From IMG/VR virus record IMGVR_UViG_3300046328_001165, positions 28,684 to 92,683 of that record: a stretch of 64,000 nucleotides of DNA. One strand, given 5' to 3'. Under the pieces are notes generated by a model. The model saw only the letters and a program-made list of their open reading frames with translations, ran no database searches and was not told the origin of the DNA. This document shows, piece by piece, positions 46,282-55,731 of this stretch (its first letter is position 1; each line of letters starts with the position of its first letter). Origin of the DNA: a virus. The position numbers and the translations under genes were made by a program.

Positions 46282-46362
46282 TTGTTTATCCTTGCTTGAG
46301 GTTTACTGGTCGGAGTGGACGAGCTGGCGATCGCTATACCCGATATAGAGGCTAAAGTTTGT

Positions 46363-46602
46363 TTATTCTTCGGTGTCGCCATAAACCAAATCGCGACTTG
46401 CTGTATCCAAAAACTGATACTCAGTCGCGGTAACTAAAATCTCAACGTATTCACCATCAATGTTTAACGGGATAGCATCAGCCTCCTGTATTGAAATGTT
46501 GATACCCTCTTGAGCGTATGCCTGTTCAGCGCCCCTGTAAAAGCCTTCCAATCGCCAGCGCATAAAATCAAACACCGTAGCCGTGATATGAATACCTTTC
46601 AT
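46363..46602 (-). CDS. Hypothetical protein
   Basis: TAATG coupling at 46602. Confidence 0.55.
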   Translation of the reverse strand: MKGIHITATVFDFMRWRLEGFYRGAEQAYAQEGINISIQEADAIPLNIDGEYVEILVTATEYQFLDTASRDLVYGDTEE

Positions 46603-46967
46603 TAGATGTGCCTCCGCACGATTTCTACACAATCCGATTTGGAGTAGACATTCAGAACCGCTTCTGTTAGCGCTCGATAGGTGTATCCCACGCTATCCTG
46701 ATCCGTGTCTCTGTACTTATCAAGGATTGCATCAAAAGCAACACCCTCGTCTTCAAGGAGCTTACCAGCCATTGTCCAGTGATCCTCAATAGTTATATTC
46801 TCGCCAGCGATGTTGACTATATCCACAGCCACGGCATAGCTGTCGGCTGCAATGACAACGTTCTCGGAGAAGCGATCGCATACAGCACCAATATCCAAAA
46901 GGTCTCCCCCAAATTGGCGCTGAAGTTCTTGGGCGAGTCCGCAAATGTCTGTGATTGCCTTAGCCAT
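46602..46967 (-). CDS. Acidic hypothetical protein
   Basis: 121 aa. Confidence 0.6.
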   Translation of the reverse strand: MAKAITDICGLAQELQRQFGGDLLDIGAVCDRFSENVVIAADSYAVAVDIVNIAGENITIEDHWTMAGKLLEDEGVAFDAILDKYRDTDQDSVGYTYRALTEAVLNVYSKSDCVEIVRRHI

Positions 46968-47244
46968 TGGTGTTTGCTCCGTAAGTTGATTGAATAAACG
47001 CCTCGGCGTTGTCGGGATCGACTTCGCGCAAGATTAATTTAGAGTGCTCGTAAAGCCCAGAAGCTCTAGAGATAACTTCTTCGTGTTCAAACTTGCTGTT
47101 TCCTCGTCGCAAGGTAGCACCCTTTGTTTTGAGTAGCATCTGGTAGTTGTAGCGAGCCTCGCGAACCATGATTTCTGCGTAGCGAATAACTTCCTCGTTC
47201 TTGGCAAGCAATCGCCGAATATTTTTTTTGTAACCATTAAGCAT
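46960..47244 (-). CDS. Hypothetical protein
   Basis: GGAG SD before ATG 47244. Confidence 0.6.
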   Translation of the reverse strand: MLNGYKKNIRRLLAKNEEVIRYAEIMVREARYNYQMLLKTKGATLRRGNSKFEHEEVISRASGLYEHSKLILREVDPDNAEAFIQSTYGANTNG

Positions 47245-47485
47245 CGTCTCCTCCTGAATAGTCAAACTTGACGAAATCTTGAAGGCTGTATGCGACAACT
47301 TCTCCGTCCTCATCCACAGACCCTATGACTGTGTACTTGATCGGAGTGACCGTGTAAAGGATATACAGGTCGTCAATAGCCTCTAGCGGGATCACGGCGC
47401 ATTGATATCCATCTTTTCGATAGAAATCAATGCGCCGTGATCCTGTTGGTATAGTTGTTCGACTGCGCCAATTAGATTGCGCCAA
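47237..47485 (-). CDS. Hypothetical protein
   Basis: 82 aa; start uncertain. Confidence 0.45.
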   Translation of the reverse strand: MAQSNWRSRTTIPTGSRRIDFYRKDGYQCAVIPLEAIDDLYILYTVTPIKYTVIGSVDEDGEVVAYSLQDFVKFDYSGGDDA

Positions 47486-47533
47486 CCCTTGAGTAGCAGC
47501 GGTGCGTCAAGGGTTACTTGGATTGGCTGAACT

Positions 47534-47959
47534 CTAGGCATTAATCCCTCCTAAATAACGATTATCGGCGGCAACAACCATCTCCAGAACAGACTCCATT
47601 CCGTCGTAAACGTATGACATGGCATCTTCGATGGCGTTGTTTAGGTAAAAGTCGTTCTCCCATTCGCTTTCGATACGATCAATGATTGCCTCTGTATCAA
47701 GTAGGCTTTCGAGATTGCCTTTAACACCGTAATAGCGACTTTCATCAAAATTAACGCCGTGGAATTCTTCGCAAGATAGGTCGTGTTGATCGTCAGCCCA
47801 ACTGATCACCCAGTCGGTGATATCGTCAACGGTGACTGCAATCACCGCATCGGTTGTGTATGCAGCAAAGGCTTCGGCGATCTTTGCTCTGTTGTGTTCG
47901 CCAAAAGTGGCGGCAAATGCGTTGATTAGGCGATCAGGATTTGCGATAATTTTAGTCAT
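47534..47959 (-). CDS. Highly acidic protein (DNA-mimic candidate)
   Basis: 141 aa, strongly D/E-biased, helical. Confidence 0.6.
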   Translation of the reverse strand: MTKIIANPDRLINAFAATFGEHNRAKIAEAFAAYTTDAVIAVTVDDITDWVISWADDQHDLSCEEFHGVNFDESRYYGVKGNLESLLDTEAIIDRIESEWENDFYLNNAIEDAMSYVYDGMESVLEMVVAADNRYLGGINA

Positions 47960-48259
47960 TACTTAAAAGATCCATTTTTAGTTGTTAATACTGATTCGAT
48001 AGCGAGAACCGATCTAGGGGGTGAGCCAAAGATCAGTAGATGGAGAATACTCGTAATGCTTATTGATTTCTGGCTCAGCACAGGAGCGCCAGAAGTCTGA
48101 AGGCTTTTCTCGGCACAGCCATTCCTTTTAGCCGCTAAACATGTAGGATTTTCCGTGTGAGTCCTCGCTGGAATACTGGATCATCGACTTAGTTTCGTAT
48201 CGCGTCCACTCCTCGCCTTCAAACTGAATGCGAACCGTCAAAAGTTTATACGTGATCAT
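47960..48259 (-). pseudogene. Disrupted small gene
   Basis: MITYKLLTVRIQFEGEEW...FSG*KEWLCREKPSDFW...; in-frame TAA at 48128-48130, probable frameshift at G5 48017-48021. Confidence 0.5.
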
Positions 48260-48443
48260 AAAATCCAATCTCTCTAGACTCTTTTAAATACTTCGACTTC
48301 AACTCGGACATCGCTTTCGCGCATTGCCAGCCATGCTGCAAGGATCGCTTACCGCTAGTAGGCTCCTCGTAACCATCGTGAAACAAATCCATTCCACGAT
48401 GGAAATCTTTGTCCCACTGCGCCAGAAGTTGCTCTTTCGTCAT
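48246..48443 (-). CDS. Hypothetical protein
   Basis: 65 aa; ATGA coupling. Confidence 0.55.
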   Translation of the reverse strand: MTKEQLLAQWDKDFHRGMDLFHDGYEEPTSGKRSLQHGWQCAKAMSELKSKYLKESREIGFYDHV

Positions 48444-48715
48444 TTCTTAATCCATGAATAAAGTGGTTCTAAATAGCTGTCGGTAACGAGAGAAAGGCGC
48501 TTGTTGCCTTTATTCATCGTCTCCTTTTTGTGTTTTCCATCGGCATCGGTCATCTGGTAGAAGAGATTGCCCTTTCCTTCAACAAGAGTGAAGTAAACCT
48601 CAAGGCTCTCACCCCAGTCGGGGCTGGGGTCTGCGACCTCGAACACGTAGCGATCGCGTGGTCGCATGTGTTCGATTAGGTCTTTGAATTCGGTGAATGA
48701 TTTAGGCGATCGCAT
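48440..48715 (-). CDS. Hypothetical protein
   Basis: Start MRSPKSF just after upstream stop. Confidence 0.6.
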   Translation of the reverse strand: MRSPKSFTEFKDLIEHMRPRDRYVFEVADPSPDWGESLEVYFTLVEGKGNLFYQMTDADGKHKKETMNKGNKRLSLVTDSYLEPLYSWIKK

Positions 48716-48717
48716 AG

Positions 48718-49002
48718 TTAAAATACCGATAGTTCGACAACCATCTTCCACTCGTCTTCGGTCAGGTCTCTACCGAAATAAGTGAAGTCCTGCTCATCAT
48801 CAAAGATGATGTCTTCGTTTGCAGCTAAGTCAGCCCAAAGATCTGGGTGAACGGCGCAAGGCTCTCTATCGCACTCAAGGAGAGAATCGACGAACTCCCA
48901 CCCTTCCTGTTTAAGTTGCAGAGACAAGGACTGCCCTTCTTCTCGCAGGCTTTGCAGTGACTCTTGGTATTCACTGATTTTGGCTTGCAGTTGTTCGTTC
49001 AT
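48718..49002 (-). CDS. Tandem paralog family B (acidic)
   Basis: KISEY...LKQEGWEFV...VHP. Confidence 0.7.
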   Translation of the reverse strand: MNEQLQAKISEYQESLQSLREEGQSLSLQLKQEGWEFVDSLLECDREPCAVHPDLWADLAANEDIIFDDEQDFTYFGRDLTEDEWKMVVELSVF

Positions 49003-49039
49003 ATTTTTGTTGTTTTGATAGGTTTACAAGGCGATCGCA

Positions 49040-49327
49040 CTAGGCTCCAATCAATATCTCAACGATATGATCTCCCCATTCTTCGCCTTCTGATTGAAGA
49101 AGATCGAACAAGGAACCGAAGGCATTCCATTCAATGTCGGGACTCCACCCGTCAGAACTAGCGAGTTTGGGGCTGATCATTAGGATTCCTCCGTTGTGAC
49201 CTTGGATGCCATAAATGACTGTCCAACCAGCTTTTTCTAGACTCTCACGCAAAGCCCTCCCGCTTGGGATGAGCGTGTCAAGCAGCCGATTGTAGCTGTC
49301 AATCTTCTCTTTTAATGCTAAATCCAT
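49040..49327 (-). CDS. Tandem paralog family B
   Basis: KIDSY...LEKAGWTVI...ISP. Confidence 0.7.
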   Translation of the reverse strand: MDLALKEKIDSYNRLLDTLIPSGRALRESLEKAGWTVIYGIQGHNGGILMISPKLASSDGWSPDIEWNAFGSLFDLLQSEGEEWGDHIVEILIGA

Positions 49328-49336
49328 AACTGTTTC

Positions 49337-49615
49337 CTAAAATAAAATGTAATCAAGGTTCTCAACCCACTTGGGGTCAGGCTCTTCTAGCATCTCTGGT
49401 GTTTCGCCTCCATCGAAAGTATCCAACTCCAAGGAGCCGTACATCTCAGGAGATACCAGCCAATACTGGTATCGAGAGTCTGGGTTGTACTCGCCAATGT
49501 CTTTTGCAACCCATTCCCAACCACAGTCTTTTAATATCGCCTGAGCTTCGGTGGTTGCCTCATCAAAAGACTTCTTCGCTAATTGGTAAACAGCGATCGC
49601 TTCTTGAGAAATCAT
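49337..49615 (-). CDS. Tandem paralog family B
   Basis: LKDCGWEWV...WLVSPEM...DYILF. Confidence 0.7.
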   Translation of the reverse strand: MISQEAIAVYQLAKKSFDEATTEAQAILKDCGWEWVAKDIGEYNPDSRYQYWLVSPEMYGSLELDTFDGGETPEMLEEPDPKWVENLDYILF

Positions 49616-49624
49616 AATTAGCTC

Positions 49625-49900
49625 CTAAAATAACAAATAATCAACAAATTCATTCCAGATGTCGAGATCTGGCTCACCATCGAATTCTGGGTATGGCTGA
49701 CCATCCCGAATAATGAGAGGCGTTTCATCAAACATCTTTGGCGAAACGAGCCACTCTTGATAGTTACCCTCAATACCCTTCAGAACCCACTGCCAGCCAC
49801 ATTCTCTCAAGGAGAGTTGAATCTCGGTAGTTTGCCTTTCAAAATGTTCTATATAGCCTACATACCGAGCGATCAAGCTCTGTATCTGGAATTCAGTCAT
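49625..49900 (-). CDS. Tandem paralog family B
   Basis: LRECGWQWV...WLVSPKM...DYLLF. Confidence 0.7.
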   Translation of the reverse strand: MTEFQIQSLIARYVGYIEHFERQTTEIQLSLRECGWQWVLKGIEGNYQEWLVSPKMFDETPLIIRDGQPYPEFDGEPDLDIWNEFVDYLLF

Positions 49901-50082
49901 CGTTCCCCTCCTTGATTTGTAGACAGCTTTGAGATTTCGCCTCGAACATAAGCGCGAAACATCGACTTTGCTTCGCGCTTGGTGTGTCCGATATACATCT
50001 GCTTGTAATACTGGTTGCCGATGATTGTAGACAGTTTGAGATACCCGTTGGGGGTAACTTGTTCTGAGATGTCAATCTTCAT
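49897..50082 (-). CDS. Small phage protein
   Basis: YIGHTKREAKSMF motif; coupled to neighbours. Confidence 0.6.
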   Translation of the reverse strand: MKIDISEQVTPNGYLKLSTIIGNQYYKQMYIGHTKREAKSMFRAYVRGEISKLSTNQGGER

Positions 50083-50302
50083 CGTCTTCTCCTGTAGTTA
50101 CTTGCCACCAGCCACGAAACTCAAATTCCTGATCGTTGTCTCCGCTGACCAGAGCGCAAAGCTCGCCTTGCGTATGCCCTTGTGGGTACATCTCGAAGAT
50201 TCTAGCGATCGCAGCCTCTTCCAGTTCCTTCGCGTAATCCTCACGAGGGGGATTGTCCTCCTCGTTCCGCCATTGATACCAGATCTTTAGTGTGCGTTCC
50301 AT
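50072..50302 (-). CDS. Hypothetical protein
   Basis: GHTQGEL...FRGWW; TAATG coupling. Confidence 0.6.
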   Translation of the reverse strand: MERTLKIWYQWRNEEDNPPREDYAKELEEAAIARIFEMYPQGHTQGELCALVSGDNDQEFEFRGWWQVTTGEDDED

Positions 50303-50691
50303 TATTCTTGTACCCAATATAGTTTTGATCCGTGTGTAATCATTTGGCGAAACTCTGCGCGATCGCAGGGTTCGCCGTCGCGAATCCAGTGCGGGATGAC
50401 GCGAGGATTGTAAGTAATCTCACCCTGAGCCTCAATGTCTTGAGGATAGTCAAGATGTACTTCAACCATCTCGCACTCAACCCAAGCGCAAACAGATTTG
50501 TTCGCGCCGTCGTGGATTCTCTGCGCTGTTTTTGCGGCGTTATGCAGCCGACAGTCCCATAAGATGAGGCTGTACTGCGAGGGTTCGTAGTAGTGAACTT
50601 CCGACCCTCGCTTGACTTGCCAGTGGCGGCAATACTCGCCCTTGGCAAGATGGAAACGGACGGTTGTGGTTATTATTGGTAACGCTCGCAA
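50302..50691 (-). CDS. Conserved phage hypothetical protein (start uncertain)
   Basis: VRFHLAKG...WQVK...NKSVCAWVEC...YNPRVIPHW. Confidence 0.6.
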   Translation of the reverse strand: MRALPIITTTVRFHLAKGEYCRHWQVKRGSEVHYYEPSQYSLILWDCRLHNAAKTAQRIHDGANKSVCAWVECEMVEVHLDYPQDIEAQGEITYNPRVIPHWIRDGEPCDRAEFRQMITHGSKLYWVQE

Positions 50692-50846
50692 AGATCTTCA
50701 AGTGTTAAAATGATCGCGCTAGACTCAGGAATAAACCCGTCTTTTTCCAACCAAGAAGCAAGGGCTTCCGTGAGCGTAAGAGCGTCACGGCGATCGCCTT
50801 CTAAAAGTGCAGCGATTAGTTGTCTGATTGTTGTGGTTACGTCCAT
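50673..50846 (-). CDS. Small phage protein
   Basis: Hand-translated 57 aa MDVTTTIRQL...LASWLEKDGFIP. Confidence 0.55.
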   Translation of the reverse strand: MDVTTTIRQLIAALLEGDRRDALTLTEALASWLEKDGFIPESSAIILTLEDLCERYQ

Positions 50847-51115
50847 GCTTTAAAATGTTTGAGGTTTTCGAGTTCGGAGAGAATTTTTTCGTTGGCAAGA
50901 GACGTGTAAATATCGGCTAGATCACGAATTGCAGCGGTTGCAAGAATTTGAGCCAGCACTTGTCTTCTGCCATCCGCTCCACCGTCTGAGTCATCCATGT
51001 AGGAGTCCACATCTATCGCTCCAGACTCGTAAAAGTGTTTAGCCTTTTCGTTTAGCGCCAAAATAGATCCCTGAAAAAGGACTGCGACTTCGTGTAAGAC
51101 TCGCTCTTTGTTCAT
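50837..51115 (-). CDS. Hypothetical protein
   Basis: 92 aa. Confidence 0.6.
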   Translation of the reverse strand: MNKERVLHEVAVLFQGSILALNEKAKHFYESGAIDVDSYMDDSDGGADGRRQVLAQILATAAIRDLADIYTSLANEKILSELENLKHFKAWT

Positions 51116-51147
51116 GATTTTGTTTTAGTTTTGTTGATGGTTGACTG

Positions 51148-51423
51148 CTAAACTTCGTGTTCCCTTTTAGTGGAAAGCGTATGAGAAATGTAGATGCAGC
51201 GCCAGACCGATTGAAAGCCGTAGCCAATTAAGATGAAATTCGCAGCTACAGAGCCATCCTGAAAATACAGGGGCAAGACAATATCGCCGATTTCTCCGTC
51301 TAAATCTCTGTCGCCATCAAAAGGCTCAAGACAGCCGCAGATTTTCTCATAAAGATCGTTAGCTTTCGCAAGTGCTTCAATCTTCTCGAAGTTGTATTGC
51401 CTATGCAGCTCAAGGTTTCCCAT
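51148..51423 (-). CDS. Hypothetical protein
   Basis: 91 aa; AGGAG SD. Confidence 0.65.
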   Translation of the reverse strand: MGNLELHRQYNFEKIEALAKANDLYEKICGCLEPFDGDRDLDGEIGDIVLPLYFQDGSVAANFILIGYGFQSVWRCIYISHTLSTKREHEV

Positions 51424-51497
51424 TAGTTTTCTCCTTGTTTGATTTTTTGTTGATTGATAGTGCGATCGCTAACGCTGTTCGCAGGCAGCACCAAGAG

Positions 51498-51848
51498 TTA
51501 TTCTTGAGGCTTGTAATTAGGAATGTACTCGACCATCCAAGGGTAGCTCTCCAGCTCCTTGCAGTCAGTGGTATAGTCAAGTTCGTCAAGCTTGGCTTCA
51601 TATACAGGTCTAAAAGATTCGCCTACTTCGTGGAGTAGCTGGTAATGATAGCGTTCCGAATCGTTACCGTAAATGAAGTGGACTTCTCCGTTCGATTCAT
51701 CAATGAATAGCAGCAGGGATTCAATCGTGTACTTCTGGTTAAACACATCTTGATTTGCTGTTAGATCCTCACATCGGAATTCGCCAAATTTAGGGTCATC
51801 TTCACAGGTACTTGCGTAGAGATCGAATTCGTTTTCTTGTTCAAGCAT
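51498..51848 (-). CDS. Acidic hypothetical protein
   Basis: 116 aa. Confidence 0.65.
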   Translation of the reverse strand: MLEQENEFDLYASTCEDDPKFGEFRCEDLTANQDVFNQKYTIESLLLFIDESNGEVHFIYGNDSERYHYQLLHEVGESFRPVYEAKLDELDYTTDCKELESYPWMVEYIPNYKPQE

Positions 51849-52107
51849 CTAATTTATTCTCCTGATTCAAAAACATTTCTTCGTAGCAACCCGAATGGGT
51901 TTGAAGCATATATCTGCCATTAAGGGTAACGGCGTGTTCGTCGATCTCTAGCCGCTCAATTTCGTCATCACACATACCATTGTCGGAATAAGTCCAACTT
52001 CCGCAGTACGGAGTGATGATACGACCACTCCCTCTCTCTAAGAGAGCGACACCATAGCCGCCCTCTTTTTTGTTGTTACAATACTCTTCGATTGTCATTT
52101 GTCGCAC
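51841..52107 (-). CDS. Hypothetical protein
   Basis: 88 aa. Confidence 0.6.
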   Translation of the reverse strand: MRQMTIEEYCNNKKEGGYGVALLERGSGRIITPYCGSWTYSDNGMCDDEIERLEIDEHAVTLNGRYMLQTHSGCYEEMFLNQENKLDA

Positions 52108-52445
52108 CTCAGCGCTGTAATTGAATAAGGCTCATACTGAATTGATTCCTCAACGTCCTCAAAGGAGGCTTCGGGGATTGAGGCTCTCAACTTTGTGAGG
52201 TAGTCGGCAATCGCGTCATCAAGAACCCAGCCCTCCTTTTTATAAGTTTCTGGCTCTAAGCGATCGTCACCCTCCATGTCCTCGTCAGCCCACAGAGCAT
52301 CTTCATGCTCCATGTCAGCATCGGATAGGATGTCAAGCCAAGGGAAATTACACTTGATTCGCACCAGAAGGACGAAGCTCCCATCAATCCAAATCTTTCT
52401 GTCGTAATAGTCTTGCAGCGATCTCCGCGCTAATTGGATTTTCAT
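52095..52445 (-). CDS. Acidic hypothetical protein
   Basis: 116 aa; TAATG coupling. Confidence 0.65.
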   Translation of the reverse strand: MKIQLARRSLQDYYDRKIWIDGSFVLLVRIKCNFPWLDILSDADMEHEDALWADEDMEGDDRLEPETYKKEGWVLDDAIADYLTKLRASIPEASFEDVEESIQYEPYSITALRCDK

Positions 52446-52768
52446 TATAGATTCACCGTAAAAGGAAACTTCTGCGTGTATCCACTATCGTCAAAAGCCC
52501 ATGTGTTTGACCATGTGTGGATGGCTTCAACAATCGCCCTGCGAAAGTAGTCGCCATCAAACTTAGCTGTCGGATCGTCAAGGTCGATGACTGCTAACTG
52601 ACTGGTGTTCTCAAAGGCGATCGCCATCATGTTTTTATGGATAACTCGATTTTGCTGAAAGAATACTTGAGTGAATCCTTCGCAGCCTCCTGAGCCATTG
52701 CGGTGGTAAACGATGTTAGTTATCTTCACAATTAAAACTCCAAACTGACGCAGGGTAATTACCTTCAA
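52445..52768 (-). CDS. Conserved phage hypothetical protein (true start likely GTG ~52729)
   Basis: YHRNG.GG..F...F...GDYF motif. Confidence 0.6.
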   Translation of the reverse strand: MKVITLRQFGVLIVKITNIVYHRNGSGGCEGFTQVFFQQNRVIHKNMMAIAFENTSQLAVIDLDDPTAKFDGDYFRRAIVEAIHTWSNTWAFDDSGYTQKFPFTVNL

Positions 52769-53054
52769 ACCATCTCAAGTTGCGATCGCCTTCTTCGCTT
52801 CGATAAATCTCGATAAAAGGAATTACAACTTTGACCAAAAACTCCTCAGAAGGAGTGAACCAGTTTAGCCCTTTACTCCAGCCACAGCGTAAAGGTGCAG
52901 GCAGGATAAGCCCTTCTGAGGCGACTTTTGAGATGCTTTGCCAAGACTGAAGCCCCCAGAGCCCAATTTTGCGGGGATCTTCGCTATTGTGGAACTCAAC
53001 GTACCGCCGAGTAAGGTCGGCGGCGATGACGCGGTGGCGCTTTAGCAATTTCAT
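52716..53054 (-). CDS. Hypothetical protein
   Basis: 112 aa; TAATG coupling. Confidence 0.6.
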   Translation of the reverse strand: MKLLKRHRVIAADLTRRYVEFHNSEDPRKIGLWGLQSWQSISKVASEGLILPAPLRCGWSKGLNWFTPSEEFLVKVVIPFIEIYRSEEGDRNLRWFEGNYPASVWSFNCEDN

Positions 53055-53641
53055 TATTGTTTAAACCCTAGCATTTGCTCTTTAAAATATTTTGCCTGCG
53101 ATTCGGCGATCGCTTCCATGCGCTCTTCGGTTAAGTCAGCGATCGCTACCGATACTTTTTCCCAGTCGCTGAATGTACCTTTGTCTTGACCGTATTCGTC
53201 GGGATCGGCGAATACGTCAAAGTAGAAGTGAGGCTCATCCATCATTCGCCCAGAGAAAGAGCTGGTTGAATTAGAAGACCCAACGTGATCGAAGAAAAAG
53301 CATTGAAATTTGACCCGAAGGAATACATCTCTTTGCCATTCATCTATAGCGTCGTAGTATTCTTCGCTACCAACTTCGTGACTCTCTTTGGCGTGGTCGG
53401 AAGCGTATTCGTACATCCGATTAGCCCACACCCCGATAGATCCAGAATTCGTGTCGTCACAGTTTAGCGAGCCTTCAATGATGCCGCCGCCGTCCGTCCA
53501 CGCCCAAAACCCGTCGTAATTATGGGTGCAGTTTGGGGTGTATTCCCAGTTAGTGTCAACGAGTTCCGATATAAGATCAAGGAGCTTTTGCGTCCAAGCA
53601 TCGATCAAAATATTGACCTGTTTTAGATCTGAGCTACCCAC
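53054..53641 (-). CDS. Acidic hypothetical protein
   Basis: 195 aa. Confidence 0.65.
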   Translation of the reverse strand: MGSSDLKQVNILIDAWTQKLLDLISELVDTNWEYTPNCTHNYDGFWAWTDGGGIIEGSLNCDDTNSGSIGVWANRMYEYASDHAKESHEVGSEEYYDAIDEWQRDVFLRVKFQCFFFDHVGSSNSTSSFSGRMMDEPHFYFDVFADPDEYGQDKGTFSDWEKVSVAIADLTEERMEAIAESQAKYFKEQMLGFKQ

Positions 53642-53865
53642 GGTTCATCTCCTGAAGTATTTTGTAAATTTGCTCCAAATTTGCGTTTGCGGAAGCCCCC
53701 GCAAACTTTGCGAATTCGACCCATTACGCCATCATCAACTGGGTTGAAGGGGCTGGGATCTGTGCAGACAAGGCTCTTGAGCGCCCATTGAATAAACCCA
53801 AACTTGTTTAGCTTCCTAGCCTTTCTTCTTAGTTGCTTCAGTAGTTTTAGATCTGGTTCAGTCAT
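53623..53865 (-). CDS. Basic hypothetical protein (possible frameshift at C5 53696-53700)
   Basis: Removing one base gives a more natural end ASANANLEQIYKILQEMNRG*. Confidence 0.5.
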   Translation of the reverse strand: MTEPDLKLLKQLRRKARKLNKFGFIQWALKSLVCTDPSPFNPVDDGVMGRIRKVCGGFRKRKFGANLQNTSGDEPWVAQI

Positions 53866-54100
53866 TTTTGAGAGCCTCTATCTCGGTGTCAATCATGTCA
53901 TCAAATTCGACAGAAGACACCTTGCGATGCCAGCCATCTTTTTTTAGCTTGTCAACTGCGGCGATATAGCGATCGCACTCTTCTCTTTCCAAGGCTTTCC
54001 GCTTTAAATCAGCCTCAGTATAGCCGTGATAGTTAGCAGAAAGAGGATCTCCGTAGAGACCCTCACAAAGTTGAGGACAAGTCTCGTAAGGTTTTTTCAC
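53858..54100 (-). CDS. Hypothetical protein
   Basis: 80 aa; coupled. Confidence 0.6.
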   Translation of the reverse strand: MKKPYETCPQLCEGLYGDPLSANYHGYTEADLKRKALEREECDRYIAAVDKLKKDGWHRKVSSVEFDDMIDTEIEALKND

Positions 54101-55023
54101 TAATATTCACTCCTTGTTTTGCGAATCAAAGCTGCAATCTCGTCCTCAGTGTCCTCGTCAATAGCCGCCTCAACCCTTTCCAGCCACAGAGCAATTTTCT
54201 CGTCCTGATCGTCAAGATTGAAATTTGGGTAGAAGAGCCCATACTTGGCATCTCTCAGATCTACAAAGCTCTTTATAGCTTCGGGTATAGGACGAAGCCA
54301 TACGCCACCTACCAAAGCGTAGCGAATGAAAGCGGTACGGGGAAACTCTTTGGCAAGGTTTTTGTTATGACAAACCATTTGAAGAGCAAGGAACGCCTCC
54401 AATGAGTCCCCTGCAACGCCCCAGTACTGCTCGAAGGAGTCATTTTGATTAGACTCTTTGCTTCCCAGCTCTACGTGGGACTCACTATCTTCTCCTACGA
54501 CTAACACCAAAAGGCATCCTTGTACTTCAGGCAGATCCTCTGAAGGGTATGAAAGGTAGGCATCACTCACGTTAAGGGTATAGAGGAAATGTTCGCTCTC
54601 CCACCACCGCTTCGTTACAGGCATTTGCTCTATAATCCAGCTAGGAAGTTCTGCATCTCGAATAGGTAAGTCTGAGATATCAGAACACCCCACATGATAG
54701 TAGATAGCGTCGCGCCACCCCTGAAAGTTCATGCACTCGGCAATTTTCTCAGGGATTTGCGGATCTACACTCCCGCCAGAGGTGTATCGCTCCAACAAGA
54801 GGGTTAGGAATAGCTTGGCTTCAGCCCAATCCTCACACCGAACCTGTCCCGAACACATTGTTGAGACTGACGAATAATGTTCGGAGAGATATTCGCCCAC
54901 TCCATGCCCGACATAATCAAGCTTGTAGATGATGTTGCCCCATCCTGTGATTGTGCGAGTGAGGTATGTATGCTCGCCGATCTGTTCCTCAAGGCGATCG
55001 CATTCTTCCTGAAGTGTGTTCAT
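54100..55023 (-). CDS. Acidic hypothetical protein
   Basis: 307 aa; GGAG SD. Confidence 0.7.
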   Translation of the reverse strand: MNTLQEECDRLEEQIGEHTYLTRTITGWGNIIYKLDYVGHGVGEYLSEHYSSVSTMCSGQVRCEDWAEAKLFLTLLLERYTSGGSVDPQIPEKIAECMNFQGWRDAIYYHVGCSDISDLPIRDAELPSWIIEQMPVTKRWWESEHFLYTLNVSDAYLSYPSEDLPEVQGCLLVLVVGEDSESHVELGSKESNQNDSFEQYWGVAGDSLEAFLALQMVCHNKNLAKEFPRTAFIRYALVGGVWLRPIPEAIKSFVDLRDAKYGLFYPNFNLDDQDEKIALWLERVEAAIDEDTEDEIAALIRKTRSEY

Positions 55024-55047
55024 AATGATTTCTCCACTGTTTTTAGA

Positions 55048-55419
55048 TTAGTCATGGCATAGATATTGATCCATGCCGTTAGTTACGTCGAACTCGATCG
55101 CTGCTAAATTCTGCAAATCATAGCGATCGCCAAAATTACCGAGGCTCACATAACGATCTTCTGGATCGAATTCATCGCCAGGTTTGATGTAATTCAAAAG
55201 CTCGGCATCGGCGGCGATGTCGAGAGCCTCTTCTAGGTGCTTAGCAAAAGCCACCCCCAATACGCAGCCAAAGTTACCGCTGGGGACAGCCAGTAGGAAC
55301 CCCGTGAGCCCGTGCTCGTAGGTTTCACCCTCACCGCAAGGACAAGTCGTGAGGTCGTCAAGGTTGGCGACACGATCTTTCTGGACGACCATGGAATCAA
55401 TTAGATAGTATTCCTTCAT
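55048..55419 (-). CDS. Conserved phage hypothetical protein
   Basis: FAKHLEEALDIAAD...LGNFG..YDL. Confidence 0.65.
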   Translation of the reverse strand: MKEYYLIDSMVVQKDRVANLDDLTTCPCGEGETYEHGLTGFLLAVPSGNFGCVLGVAFAKHLEEALDIAADAELLNYIKPGDEFDPEDRYVSLGNFGDRYDLQNLAAIEFDVTNGMDQYLCHD

Positions 55420-55731
55420 TTAATCCTCCAAAGCAAATTCGGTCTCATCAATACTGAGGTATTCGACCCCATAACGAGGATAGGCATCAATCATGACGGC
55501 GACCCCAAAAGTCTTGCCTCCGCCCCAATTAAAGAGTCGAATTACTTCCATGTTCTTCTCGGAAACGGCGGAGAGCCCTCCTTTGAGGAAGTCGTATTGA
55601 AGGGTATTTGCAAGCCTGTGAATCTCGAAATAGTTCTCGACAACTTCTTGGAAAGTTGCTATCCACACATATTTTTTGTGGAACGCATTCCAATAGTGAA
55701 GCCGAATAAGAATCTTTTCGTTAGTTCCCAT
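55420..55731 (-). CDS. Hypothetical protein
   Basis: 103 aa. Confidence 0.6.
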   Translation of the reverse strand: MGTNEKILIRLHYWNAFHKKYVWIATFQEVVENYFEIHRLANTLQYDFLKGGLSAVSEKNMEVIRLFNWGGGKTFGVAVMIDAYPRYGVEYLSIDETEFALED

